From the human T2T-CHM13v2.0 reference genome, Homo sapiens: a stretch of 64,000 bases of DNA. Below, in pieces: positions 1 to 14,010 of this stretch. The notes beneath the pieces are model-generated. The model worked only from the letters and a program-made list of their open reading frames with translations, made no database searches and was not told where the DNA came from. The DNA lies in assembly GCF_009914755.1 (NCBI RefSeq), contig NC_060942.1. One strand, written 5' to 3'. Numbering within the stretch: the stretch's first letter is position 1; each line of letters begins with the position of its first letter. A program made the translations under genes and the position numbers.

Positions 1-1630
1 AATGACAATTATTATAAATCAAAAATTTCCCTTTAATAAGGCTATTAGAAATATGGAAACAAATGAAAATTTAAGATTCATGATGCAATCTATGATTAAT
101 TCTATATTTTTCACTTCTTGAATATGCCACACATGTGACTAGATATTTCTAAATATTTAGACATGAATTTTGACTTTAATTTTTTACCAGAAACACGAAA
201 AATGAAATCACTTTTGTGATGTTTCCAAAGCAAAGGATTATGATTAATTACATATTGATATTTTCTTTTAAATATATTTATTTAAATGTCACTTAAAACA
301 TTTATAAGATTATCGTTGAATAATCAAAATTTTGTTTATTTGAATGAATAGAAAATCCATCTTTATACTGAGACTACACTGAGAAAAAATCTGAAAAAAA
401 AAGAGACGGTAATTCTAATATTTTAACACACAATTTTAATGTTGCAAAATAATTGCTGATTTGCGACGTGGTTTTCTGTTTCTGGTTGAATATCTCAAAG
501 TAGAACATTTTTATTGTGTTTTTCTTCAGTTCTCCAGTTTAATCACTGTTATTTTTAAAATTAGATATGGTATCTTTCATATGAAGTCTTATTGATTCAG
601 GGCCAATTGATCTGCCTACATACCAGAAACAAAATAATAGAATTCAACAAAATTTAAAACAACAATATGAAGAATCAGTAACTTTTCTTTCTCCATCTGA
701 TTTCAGAAAGTTTTCCTGAACTTCAGACTTTGGCATCTGTGGCACTGCAAATACCTTGCTGAGAGTGTCACTCACTGTGTCTATCACATTGTAAGCGTGG
801 GTTACAAAAATATTTTGATGGAAGGTTTGTGATTATATCACAGCCAAAATGTGAGAGAGAAGTAAGGTATTGGGTACCAAATGTTTCAGACTTGTAGAAA
901 TAGAGAAATGAGGCAGAATGGGGGGAGCAGGGTCTTGATGACAAAGCCTGCTTGCTGTTCAGGTCTTCTTCACCTCAGCCTGGGATGCCTGAGTATTTTG
1001 ATTATTTTGAATTTGGCATGTTTAAATAGATATACTTTTTCCACTTCATAGTTATTGCTTTATATGAATCTATGAAAAGGAGATTGTCTGTTCTGAAAAA
1101 TAATGATGTGTGAATGTGAAGTGAGATGTAGAATTTTGCCAGGATTTTAATTCAGAAGTCGTAATAAAGTATATATAGAATTTTCTGAAAATTACATTAA
1201 AAATCATTTCCTCCAAAATGGTATAAGTCTATTTGTAAAATCTATATGTATATATATATATATACATACCAAAAAATGTTTGCACTTCCTAAAACATTTT
1301 AAGGCATCATTATTGATAATTGAAGGTTAAAATAAATGAGGAAATTTCATGACATGTATCTATATCTATCTATCATCTATCTCTGTTTATAATAGGAGAT
1401 AACTACATAAAATATTTGAACTCATCAATGTTAGATATACTAGAGAAATAAAGAAATTAGAAGTAGTGCTGAGAGTGATTCTGGTGGTTCAGAAGCCACA
1501 CTGACTAGCAATACTTTATATGAAAAAATAACAAAATAATATTTTACTTTTATCCTGTTTTATGCTCTGAAGTTTCAATAAATATCACACCTAATAACTA
1601 ACATGATAATCTTCATCATTAATTAATTAA

Positions 1631-1798
<168 letters not shown>

Positions 1799-2909
1799 TA
1801 GGACTATCATGCAGTTTGTATTTTTTAACTCTGAGTAATTGGCCAAAATTAATTTAAAGGAATCATGTTTTCTGTATATGCATATTCCTCCTGGATAGAA
1901 CATCACCGACTGTTTTGTCCTAACATCAACGACTATGTTCCCTTTATGTTAGATGTAGCATAGTGATATTAATGGCTTTCTCAGGAAAACACATGACTTT
2001 TCAGATGACTTGAATAAACACTCAACATTTAATATATTAATACTTACAGATAATGTTTAACAATGGACAATCTTGTCTTTGCGGGGCAAAGGCACAATGC
2101 AGTCTGCATCGGTATGTGGGGAAAATTGTGCATGGTTGGAACAAATATCATTCTTTAATTATGTGAAGGATCATCCTCCCCTATTATAGCTAAATTGATT
2201 ATCTGAATTTTCTTTCAGGTATAGTTGAATACTATAACCATGTTTGTAGATTAAGCAACAACTGCCTTATTCCAGACAGTAAAATGAGAAATGTAAAATG
2301 GCAACAATGTTAAAGACAACAGTTGATATATTCTATAAGCAGATGATTCTATAATGCCTATTTTAAATGCTAGGATATTTTCCTATTTATATACAAGATT
2401 GAATACTGATTGCAAATATTTGATGTAACGGCTTTCCGTATTTCTAATAAGAAATTACTGAAACTAGTACCTATGGTAGAACTATCATATTATTTCATAT
2501 AACCTGGTTCAAGCTTATTTAGTGGCCCTAGCAGAATACTCTTCTTTGGAAGTTACAAATATCTGTTTAAGAAGGTTATATCTGAGGGTTTTGGGCAGTC
2601 TATATTCTTTAAATGACATACTAAGTCTGTTCTGGTTGGTAATTTGAACAGGGAAGCTCCACCATTATTTCCCATTCTTTCAAGCATCACTTTCTAGAAT
2701 TCTAATACAACATTTCTATATGTTCGCTGGGATTCACAGCTTGTCAAATTATTAAATTTTCTCCATCTTTGCTAGTTGACCTGACCATTAAAATGTAAAA
2801 AATGAGTCTTCATGTATTTAATAACTGCCAATATATTCTGAAGTTGAAATGCAGAATATATTCTATACCTTGCAAGTTCCTCGGTGAATTTGAAGACTAT
2901 TTTCTTAGC

Positions 2910-3285
2910 CTAAGACCTGTAGAAAGCAGCGACTGAGACTAAGCTTTATTACTCATACTTCAGTGGAAGGTGGAACCCCAGGATAGCAAGAGTAGGGGTT
3001 ATGAGGCAGAATAGCATGGGGAGCAATGCAGGTCCCACATCATTATGCTGGTCACTGCCTCACGAGAGGCTATAGAATGACCCGTTGCGTGTCCAGCAAG
3101 CACACGTGTGCTGCCTTCAACATCATCTCGAGAACAGAGACACTGCCTTATGGCATGGGAGTCTATACAGTGAGGAAGTGCAGAGATGAGCTAGAAACAT
3201 GGCGAATGATATTGGCCAGCCACAGACAGTGAGACTGAAGAGACTAAACAAAGTTAATTATCTTTAAGCATCAGCTAAGGCTGAG
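2910..3285. mobile_element. Possible old ERVL-type LTR (LTR16/LTR33-like) interrupted by THE1
   Basis: Loose resemblance only (agaaagcagcgactgagac...ttta...cccagga). Confidence 0.25.
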
Positions 3286-3660
3286 TGTACTAGTTCATTT
3301 TCATGCTTCTATGAAGAAATACCCGAAATTGGGTAATTATAAAGGAAAGAGGTTTAAATGACTGACCGTTCCACATGGCTGGGGAGTCTTCAGGAAACTT
3401 ACAATCATGGGAGAAGGGGAAGCAAACATGTCCTTTTTCACATGGCAGCAGGAGACAGAAGTGCAGAGTGAAGGGGAAAAGTCCCTTATAAAACCAGCAT
3501 ATCTCATGAGAACTCACTCACTATCATGAGAACAGCATGGGGCGACCCCCTCCATGATCTAATCACCTCCCACAAGGTGCCTCCCCAAGACACAGAGATT
3601 ACAATTCAAATTATAATTCAAGATGAGATTTGGGTGAGGACACAGAACCAGAACATATCA
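3286..3660 (-). mobile_element. THE1 (THE1C/D-like) MaLR solo LTR
   Basis: Reverse complement begins TGATATG..., ends ...TACA; perfect 5-bp TSD CTGAG at 3281-3285 and 3661-3665. Confidence 0.92.
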
Positions 3661-3868
3661 CTGAGCAAAGCAACACAGTGTTAGGGAGAAATGTGGCCAA
3701 CAGAAGCTCCAGAGCTGCCTAAGGTAGGTCTGGTATAGACAACACATTAGACTTGGCACTTTGTGACCCTCACATTCCATAATCTTTTCCTAAATGCCCA
3801 GGGTATTTCAGTGTTACACTCCACTTTTGCTCTGTGAGTTGCTACCTGGACTTTAGACGCATCCATAG

Positions 3869-4081
3869 AAAGATTTCTCAACCTGGCTCTGTTGACATTT
3901 GGGCATGGACACCGTCTGTTATGGAGCTGTCCTCTATGCATTGTAGGATATTTGCAGCATTCCTGGTCTCTATTCACAAGATGGTAGTAACTCCCCCACC
4001 CAAGTTTTGAAAATCAAAAGCATCCTCAGATATTGCTAACTATTGCATGGGTGGCAAAATTGCTTCAGTTGAGAACCACTG
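3869..4081 (-). mobile_element. MER20 hAT-Charlie DNA transposon
   Basis: tttctcaacc...gcattgtagg...gttgagaaccactg matches the MER20 body and TIRs. Confidence 0.85.
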
Positions 4082-4419
4082 ATTTATACAACCTACATGC
4101 TCATTAGGATCTACCTGTCTAGTCTCCCAATTCCCTAGCCTACCTTTCTGAAGAGATTACCTCTATAATTGTTAAGGATGTTATACACAAGCAGGCTATA
4201 ATGAACGCAGTGCATTTTGGTTTTCAAGGCATCGTATTCTCCTCATTTTTCCCCTCCTCTTCCCTAAGCACTTATTCCCTGACTTTTTGATACTTATTTT
4301 TCTAAGAACCTAAATAATAGGTGAATACAGAGGCCATGTTTACAGATCTGGCTTACTCTCTGCATGTATCAAATTATCTTTGTGAGCTTAATCCCACTAT
4401 TATAACCATCCCTATTTGA

Positions 4420-4645
4420 GTGGAGTGACACATGCATAGGCTCTGAATCAGACTGGCTAGTCATGAATCCTAACTTCACCTCTTAGAGCTGCTGGAACCT
4501 TAGGGGAGATGTTGACAATAAGTGACAATATCCACCTCTTAAAGTTGTGTCAGAACTACAGGACACAATTAACATCATGAACGCAATATTAATGTAATTG
4601 TCATGATACCTGGCATATCTTAAACTGTGAATATTTCCTATTACT
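4420..4645 (+). mobile_element. MIR SINE
   Basis: ggctctgaatcagactg...gaatcctaacttcacc...cctggcata MIR motifs, diverged. Confidence 0.6.
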
Positions 4646-7600
4646 CTCATCTCTGTTTATATTCGGATCTCTCACCTGCGCTTTACTCCATAAAACATCT
4701 TCATGAGATATGCTCTTATTTCTTGTGAGATCTAAAGATTTTGCTTCTCATTGATCTCATCAAAACAAGCCCACTTTATACTACTTTGCAAGGACACGAG
4801 CTTTTGTCTTCTCTCATTTAACAAATTTTGAGATGGCTCTACTGTTAACTTCCACATCTAGTCCTCTTATTCTTTATTTAATACAATGACAACTCATATT
4901 TGGATTGTGCTTTACGGTTTTGAAAGCATTTTCAATTTGGTTCTTTCAAAATCCCAGTGACTCAGGAAGGACATGTACATTTGTTATTAATTCAAAAGGA
5001 AAAAATGTTATTTAAGAATTATGATGAGGCAGACACTGTTCTGGTTTCCAGACAATGAAAATAATAATCATGGTCCAGATTAGTATAAAGTATCTACCTT
5101 GTTACTTTGGCTCTGGGTCACTCCCTCTGTCTTATCCTTCTTCCATGTCACTTCTGGATAATTTTGTCAAAACACACTAGTGTAAAGATCTAAAATCATC
5201 CCATATGTTTACATGAGAGTTCTCTAGCACCAGCTTTGAATGTGACTTGTATTTCCCAGTATTTTTCAAAACATTTTAACTCCTAAAACTCCATTTTGGT
5301 CAAGTAAGTCTGCTTACTTTCTGTCATATATTCTGGGTTCCTGTAACCATTTTTTCTCCCACTAATACTACTTCGTCTTCCTGAAATTCTGGTTTTAGTC
5401 TTTTTGGATTGTGTAAATCCTACATATTATTTACAAGTGCAATTTCCTATGCCTACGCTAGTGCAGGATAGTATTTTTTACATCTGAGCTCTTTACAGTC
5501 CTGAGTTTCACACTGTTTAACATGTGATTATTGTCCAATTATTTTATATATTTTAGATTCTGCCTCTTGGGCACGCTGGTAAACCTGGTAAAAGATGGAA
5601 TCATATATATGAGTACTTTGATACTTACAGATATTTAGAATTTGATGTCTACTTATAAATATCTCCCGGATTAGCATTTGATCTTCCCAGAGATGAAGAA
5701 TAATGATTTATCCCAAAGAGAAGCTATCATAGAGGAAATTTCAAGTATATTGGTAATGTGGGGTTTGCAGCGTCTCTGAAAACACACCATATGCTATCCA
5801 CCTCTTCTAGTTAATATTCTTTCTGATCATGCTCATTTTAGACACGATTTTTTTGCCCTCAACAAGGCTGATCACTATAAAACCACTCTCAGAAAGTACT
5901 CTTCTTATCGTCTTGGCAGAAAATCTTCTTTCTCCAGCCAAGACAGGAGTTACATCACAACTTCCAGAAATGTGTGACTCATTTACACCTAGTGTTTGGT
6001 GTTGTTGTAGGATGTTTTCAAAGGTAAAAGATTAATATTGCATTAGAACATATAGGTATGTCTAGGGTATTTTTATAACTTGATACAAATAAAAACTTTT
6101 TGGAGGACTGGGAAAGAAATAGATTTACAATCCTGTAGAATTGGTCCTAGCATAAACAAGTACTTATTTTATTTTATTTTCCTGTCTATAAGAATCACAC
6201 CTGGTTTTACATGTTATTCTCAGAAAAAGATTGGAAATGACAATGGCAGTTAAGGGTTGCTGTTAGTGTAATTCCAGTTTTCACTTGTGGTATTCTTTTG
6301 CCTCAGTCCAAAGCATTTTGGCTTCCAGGTCAATTTCACCTTTCTATTACATACAGTCCATTAAAATATACAAAAAGAACATCTGTGTCAATCAGTTTTG
6401 TAAACACAAAGATGCCTTATTTTCTGTCTTCGACAAGAAATTTGAAAGATTTTTCCACTCTGAAAATTTGTCTCTTCTAATAAAATATGCATAAGTTATA
6501 TAAGTTGAGTTTGATTGTTATTAAAATAAATTACTCTACATTTAGAGATTTTTCAGGACACTTTAAAAATTGAATTATGTATTTTTTTAAGTTTAAAATT
6601 GAAATATTTATTTCAGAATTATGTGGCTGAGGTGTTTTCCTGAGTGGTTCCCAAGAATGATACCTCACCACGGATTTTGGCACCTGTGAAGTTAATTTCT
6701 ATGGCCTTTTCCCATGGTTCGTCAGAACACCAAACCCACATTTCTTGATCATTTCCTCTTTCTGTTTTTAAACGTAAACATCAAATCTCAGGTTCAGATA
6801 AAAAGAAGTAAGTAGATGTGGAGGAAGGTGAAAGAGTTTCTCTTTTAGCTAGGGAGCCAAACGTGAGTGTCTGAGTAAAAAGCAGAGAGAAGCTGAATCT
6901 GCAGCAGCAGCAGGATTAATCTATGGCCTCTCCTCACTGGGCAGCATCTTAAATTGAAAGTGTTCTCAGGTCACCACGGTTAATGAGTCTTATTTACAAG
7001 AAGTAATTTAAGTAGTGACTTAACTTCCACATCATGCAGAACTGTGCCTTGACCTGCAAAGGAAATAAATAAGAGTTGTCTAGGTCTCTGGGGTTACAAT
7101 GTATGTCCTGTGAACTCATCAAAGGAGCTGGGAGATGAGTAATTATTTCTTCCCCAGTGAACAAGAGGAATAGGAGCCAGGTAACCTACTCAGAAAGGAA
7201 AATAACATTCCTGAATGGCCGAATGCTGCTGGTACAATACCATGTGTTAACCACCAAGGCAAAAATGCATTTTGTGACTATGACCTCTGAACCACTGGTT
7301 GAAAAGTGAAAAATCCATTAGCCAGCTAAATGTTCTATTTGAGAACTAAGGAAGATTGTGAAATCAGAAGGCTGAGTATGCTTTCCACTTTGGGAGGCTG
7401 TTGAGTAGTTGTGATCCCTGACCAATGACTTCTAAGAAAAAGAAGAGAATAAATAATCGGTATGACAGCGGCAGATCTTCCGGTTCCAGCTCTGGAACTT
7501 CTTGGCAGCTATGATGAGCATGCTATCTGCCAACTATTCCATAGCGTGAGGTGTCACTGGCAGCAGTGAAGGGGACATGGCAATTAACAATCATCTTTCT

Positions 7601-7849
7601 GTCATTTGAGTGACAAGGTGAAATTTCTAAAAATTACATGAAGATAGTTCAACATTAAGCATATAAGTTATTTGGAGGCTTCTCAGCTTCTCAAAAATTG
7701 ACTAACTGATCATTTAAAAGTGACGGCAAATACTCTCAATAAATTATATTTTTACCAATTGAGCTAAGTTCCTTGTTTTGCATGTGATATAACCTAGAAT
7801 AATATTATTATTTCCTCATTTGTCTCATAAGTAACTCTTCTTCACTGTT

Positions 7850-8135
7850 ATACTCTCAAAACTTCATGTAAGTACTATCTTCTCTGCGAAAGCTTGCCTA
7901 ACTCCCACTCCCTATACCCTGAACGGAATAAGATGGTTTTCCTTATCCTTCATTTGCTTGTAGGGTGTCTGCCTGTTAATAGAATTTATTATAATACATT
8001 TCTATAAATTTGTTTGTTTCCTCTTTTGGTCAAGAACTTTCTCTGTGCAAGTTTGTTGCACAAATGTTGAAGGGATAAACCTTGGTGTCTAGCAAAGTAG
8101 ACAGTTTTTAAAATTGATGAGCATTTGTTGAATAA
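7850..8135 (+). mobile_element. L2 3' fragment
   Basis: Pyrimidine-rich body ending atttgttgaataaa, typical of the L2 3' end. Confidence 0.4.
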
Positions 8136-8357
8136 AATTAAATAATTTCCTTGTAATCCTACATTTTCTCAACAGCTTGGGTTTACATTTTACTACTCTA
8201 AATTCTGATTTTTATATAAGAAGTCATATTCTCAGAAATGTGGTGTGTATGTGTGCATTCTTATAGGTGTGTGTGCACCAAAGTAACTCCTCCCTACGTC
8301 CTTCACTGGAAGTCTAGGATAGTTAAACTAATATTTCTGAGTGTACAACTCCAATGT

Positions 8358-8540
8358 AGAAGTGAAAAGAATGTTGGACTTAGATTTCAACAGTTTGGGA
8401 ATTATATTTAACTTTCTTCATTCACTAGACATATAAATCTGCAAAAACATCTGAATTGCTCTAAATGTCCATTTCTTCATGTGGAAACTAGTGGTGAAAG
8501 TAGTGCCCACCTCAAAGAGTTACTGTGATCGTAAGGCGTA
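8358..8540 (+). mobile_element. MIR SINE
   Basis: gtgaaaagaatgttggacttag...catttcttcatgtggaaa...cccacctcaaagagttactgtga. Confidence 0.6.
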
Positions 8541-8664
8541 AGATTTTTTTTTTCTGAAAATTCTTGATAAAGTGAATCATATCAAAATGAATTTTTTCAG
8601 TCACAATCCTTTAGACATACTTTTTAGCAGTGAAAGAACTGCATTTTAATTAGCATTTTTATTC

Positions 8665-8775
8665 CTATATCTCCCATTATACTGAGAACTTCTCAAGGAC
8701 AAATGCTTTGTTTTCCTAACATTGTAACCCTATGCAGCACATAATAGGTGCTTTAAAAATGTGTTGATTAAGGGA
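8665..8775 (+). mobile_element. L2 3' end
   Basis: ctcccattatactgagaacttctcaaggac...cacataataggtgctttaaaaatgtgttgat. Confidence 0.55.
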
Positions 8776-9644
8776 TGCACTCAGGACTAAAGAGAACATA
8801 GAGAAACAACATAGAGAATGTAGAGAATATGGGGGGAGTGGAGGAGGCAGAATGCTGCGTTCCATACTGGATTGTGTTGTTGAAGTTTCTTGCCACTGCT
8901 CTGTAGTCGTGTCTTCACTCGGACATGCTGAGCAGCCTAAGAAAAGGAAGTCGTTATTCTTTAAATGCACAGATTCTCACTGCCTGTGTCTATGAAAAGA
9001 CAGCAGTGTGACCACTGTCATGTTTGAAGACCAACACAAAAGGAACATCTGTTTAATTTCCAATCTAACTAATTCTGTTAAATTTGGGTGTAGGATTTGG
9101 GGTTTATTACAATATATAATTAGTTGCATAACTTAATTAGTAAAGTACTTTTAATTACTCATTTCCAGTTTGTGGTGTCATATATTATATTTTGTATGCA
9201 TTTTGGAAGCAGCTTTGGAAAGGAGCTATTAGACGATGAAAAATTGTTTGTCGTAAATTGAACTCCTTAGATCAAAAGGTTTGGTGACAGCTGAGGAAAC
9301 AGTTGTGATGAGGAGATAAAGTGAGATTTGACTAGAAAGAGGTGCTAAAAGAAAACAGAAATAACAGAAGTTTAGGTTCATAAGAAATAATTGAGGAAGT
9401 AGGTCAACGTGAGGATGTGGATCAAAGACCTTATTTCTACACTTTAAGGCTAAGAATATCACTAAGGGAGAGAGAAGATATCTTGAAAATAATAAAAATC
9501 TTCAGATTAGGTATCCTCTTATAAACTCATACCCAGATACTGGACTCTACATTGCAAATTTTACTTAATTATTTGAAAATCTGCATTCCAACTGTTGTTT
9601 CTGAATTCGACTATGTATGTATCTATATATTTACAGTCTATTTT

Positions 9645-10800
9645 TCTCTATTAAGTAATTAGTTAACATCCATCATATGTAGGAGACTACAATTTTAGTA
9701 CGTTAGGAATAAATCAATAGATAACAACACAGTGTTCCAATCCTAAAGTAGTTACCAAATTAACAGAAAGAAAGATAACCACAGGATTCACTATGAGGCT
9801 AAATGTACTTTTGATGCAAAGTGGTATTTATTGTAGTGGTTCCCAAATTAGCTGATCTTAAGAATCAACTAGGCAGATTCTAAAATATATAAATTTATTT
9901 TGCCACACTAGAGATCTGCTGAAATTTTATAGAAAAGTGGACATTAAGATATAAATAAACTAAAAAAGCAAAAATTGGCCACAAGAGTATGTGGTGGAGC
10001 CATAAAAAATTGCAAATCCTTTTTGCAAGATGGTCACTAATAATTACTGATGACAAAATGTAGTGAAGTGAGGGTATTCATGATGAAAATAAAAAGTCCA
10101 TAAAAACATCTATATGTTCGTTCCTAGATAATTAGAATCTTAGGCAATGTGGAACCATCAATATCTTGGGGATAGCGAGATACTGGGGAAGGACTATCTG
10201 TTAGCAAAGACGTAATCATGGTGTCAAGAACAGATAGGAGAATGAGATAGACTGGAGAAAGCTTGCATAACCTTTTAATAATAATTCAGATGAATACAAT
10301 GGGGGCTGTGTGAATGGACATTATAGAAGGGATTCAGAGGAAGGGTGGCAGGGATGGTTTGAGCTTTCTGGGTTGGAATTTTAGATTAAGGCATTAAGTC
10401 AACAAAGACGGGGACATAGAAGGAAAATAATGTGTTTATATTTGGTCATTTTACATGTATACAATATTCACATGGACATATGCAGCAAAAAGCTGTAAAT
10501 GTTGGTTAGGAGTTAAAGAGAAAAGTGAAAACTTGAGATATAAATTTGAGCATCATTTTAAGATGTGAGATGAAGCACAGACAGCAAATGAGATCAGTGG
10601 TACAGATCAGAAATAATATCAAATAAGTGAGAAATGGGGAAAAATTGAGTTAGAGGAAGAAGAGAATAGATGGTCAAGAAGGTAAAAAGGATCATCAGAA
10701 GTACGTAAGTGCATTTACTACAAAGCATGATGATAAAGAAAGGTGCTATGAAAAAAAATTAATGGAATGAAGAGTAAGAAGACATAGGATTTGTTACTTA
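9645..10800 (-). mobile_element. L2 fragments, possibly with a MER5-like insert near 9833-9920
   Basis: Purine-rich diverged L2 antisense motifs such as acttgagatataaatttgagcatcat. Confidence 0.4.
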
Positions 10801-11185
10801 AGAGGAAAATGAAATTCTGTGCTGATAGTAAATGTCAGATGCTTTTGCCCATCCAGAATCCAGCCCTCCTTCTTCAGGTTAACAAGAAGTAGGAAAAAAT
10901 GTAAATGCCCATCAACCATAGAATGACTGAAAAATACACTTCATCTTCTTGATGTAGTTATAACAGACACTTACGCTGTTAAAAGCTATTAGTCTTCTAG
11001 TAATGACACAGAAGGATATGCATACCACATTGGAGTAAAAACGGTAAAAGAAAGCCATTATGAAACAATCATTCATTGCAAAAGTCAAAGCAATGAATGC
11101 ATTGATGGGCTGAGGCACGTGCACTGAGGGAGTGTAGTGAAGCCCTGGGAGCCGGATCCAGGAGGGGCCAGGGGCTCATGGTGAT

Positions 11186-11299
11186 CCCAGAGAGGCCACA
11201 GTCATCTTACAGAGGTCACAGCAGTCCCAAGAGGTCACAGGCTTCCCATAGAGGTCACAACAGTCCCACAGATATCATGGCCGTCCCACAGAGGTCACT
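11186..11299 (+). repeat. ~20-bp minisatellite, about 6 units, consensus CCCACAGAGGTCACAGCAGT
   Basis: Units read directly: cccagagaggccacagtcat / cttacagaggtcacagcagt / cccaagaggtcacaggctt / cccatagaggtcacaacagt / cccacagatatcatggccgt / cccacagaggtcac. Confidence 0.9.
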
Positions 11300-11687
11300 G
11301 TGCTCACTCTCAGGGTCAGAAGGATACAGCTTCCCTTAGGTGTGGGGCAGGAAAGAAACATGAAACCCAGGGCTCCAGAGCACTGATTTCTGAATATATG
11401 AATTGGGTGTCCAGTAACATTTAAACAAATATTGGGGATCACCACAAACTTTTCATCTGACTTTGAATTTTACCAGAAGTGAGTTTATTAAACATTTAAC
11501 ATCTCCCTGCAACCTACTGTCACATCAAAACACACAAGAAATTATATTTTACTTCAAGATGATCAAGAATCATGGTCTACTGGTGGCTCTGCAAACTGTA
11601 CAAATCCACTTTTTAAAAATGCTGCCCCTCTGTTCCAATTTTCCTCTTGGCTCAGATTGGTGAATACATGGTCATAACCCCAAATCA

Positions 11688-12084
<397 letters not shown>

Positions 12085-12669
12085 GTTTGAGCGAAACTCC
12101 AATTGTATTTTTATAACCTCATGAGTAAAATATGGCCAATAGCCTTTATTTCTCTTAAGAGTCCTTTGGGCCGTAATATTTTGACAACGCAATGGCTTAT
12201 TTTGTTTTCTTTCAGCATATGATTTGATCCAAAGGATATAAAAGCATGAATCCAGGCAATAACCCCAGTTTCTAGAACCAGGCTAATACCATCAACAAAG
12301 CTATAGATCTGTAGCTGATCAATTGAATGTTGTATCTTCCTTGTGCTGAGCTAAGCCAGAGAGAGAGAATCAGGATCAGAAGATGATACCATGGGGCTGA
12401 ACTGAAAGGAAAGAGTAAATTGTCTCAGCTGTAAAGGCAATGGACCCAGATATGAGAGCATAAGCTGATTATTATACTTAGCTAGAACCAAGGCATTAAA
12501 ACAAAACAGTAGGAGCCCCCACCACAACTGCCATAGCTAAAGGGATGCAAAAACAGGTGTCCTCGTTTAAGGATATGCGTGCACACCATGTGAATATTCC
12601 ATAAGGAAATCGGATTGTAATGGCCATTTGGCACATGTTAAATGTAATCAAGAGTAAGGTAATTTTTAA

Positions 12670-13025
<356 letters not shown>

Positions 13026-13164
13026 TTACTGAATTTCTGTGTAGAAATATTGTTAATGGTGTTTATTGTTTATAAACTTCTGATTTGATGGCTGAAAACA
13101 ATTAAAAATAAGATATTGGTCTTTCTGAATCTCAAGTCAGACTTGCTTTTGATCTTTATCAACT

Positions 13165-13563
13165 TGTCTTAGACTATTCAGGCCGCTGTAACAGAATACC
13201 ATAGACTGGGTGGCTTGTAAACATCAGGAATTTATTTCCTACCACCCTGAAGACTGAGAAGTCCAAGGTCAAGGCAGCATCAGATTCAGTGTCCAGTGAG
13301 TGGCCACTCACCGTTTCATACATGATGCTTTTGACTCTGTGCTCACAAGGCTCCTCCTCATTTGCCCATAAAAAGAGAGAGAGAGCTCAGATGTATCTTC
13401 GTCATCTTATAAGGACACTAGTTCTATTGTATTGGGGCCCCACCCTTATGACCTAGTTTAACCTTGATCAGCTTTTTATAGGCCTGTCTCCAAATACATT
13501 CACACTGGGAGTTTAGACTTACTTCAACATATCAATTTTGGAGGACACAATTCCATCCAGCTC
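13165..13563 (-). mobile_element. MLT1A/B-like MaLR solo LTR
   Basis: tgtcttag...gctgtaacagaataccatagactgggtggctt...aagtccaaggtcaagg...ggaggacacaatt. Confidence 0.8.
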
Positions 13564-13661
13564 AATAGCTATTATGGATGAGATATTTATATTACTTATA
13601 CTCCTCAAAATTCAGTGAGAACTTGTGGGACCTTTGGTTTCTGTAAGTAACCAGAAAATCT

Positions 13662-14010
13662 GGCTGGGTGGAATGGCTCACACCTGTAGTACCAGCCCTT
13701 TGGGAGGCTGAGATGGGTGGATAGTTTGACTTTAGTCCAGGAGTTTGAGATCAGTCTTGGTAATATAGGGAGATTTTGTCTCTACAAAATAACAACAACA
13801 ACAAAGAAATAAACTAACTGAATGTGTGGGTCTGTGGTCCCAGCTACTTGTAAGGCTGGTGTGAGAGGATTGCTTGAGCCCAGAAGGCAGAAGTTGTAGT
13901 GAGCCAAGATCATGACACTTCACTCCAGCCTGGGCGAAACAGTGGGATCCTGTCTCAAAAAAAAAAAAAAAAAAAAAAGAGAAAGAAAGAAAAGAAAAGA
14001 AAAAGAAAAG
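13662..14010 (+). mobile_element. AluJ
   Basis: Diverged dimeric Alu with aggattgcttgagcccag (J-type) and A/GAAAA tail. Confidence 0.88.

Noticed and set aside
3099-3112. 14-bp perfect palindrome AGCACACGTGTGCT containing an E-box
   Set aside because: Several palindromes this long are expected by chance in 64 kb
11186-11299. Regularly spaced repeats as a CRISPR-like array
   Set aside because: Contiguous degenerate tandem units with no unique spacers, in a eukaryotic context
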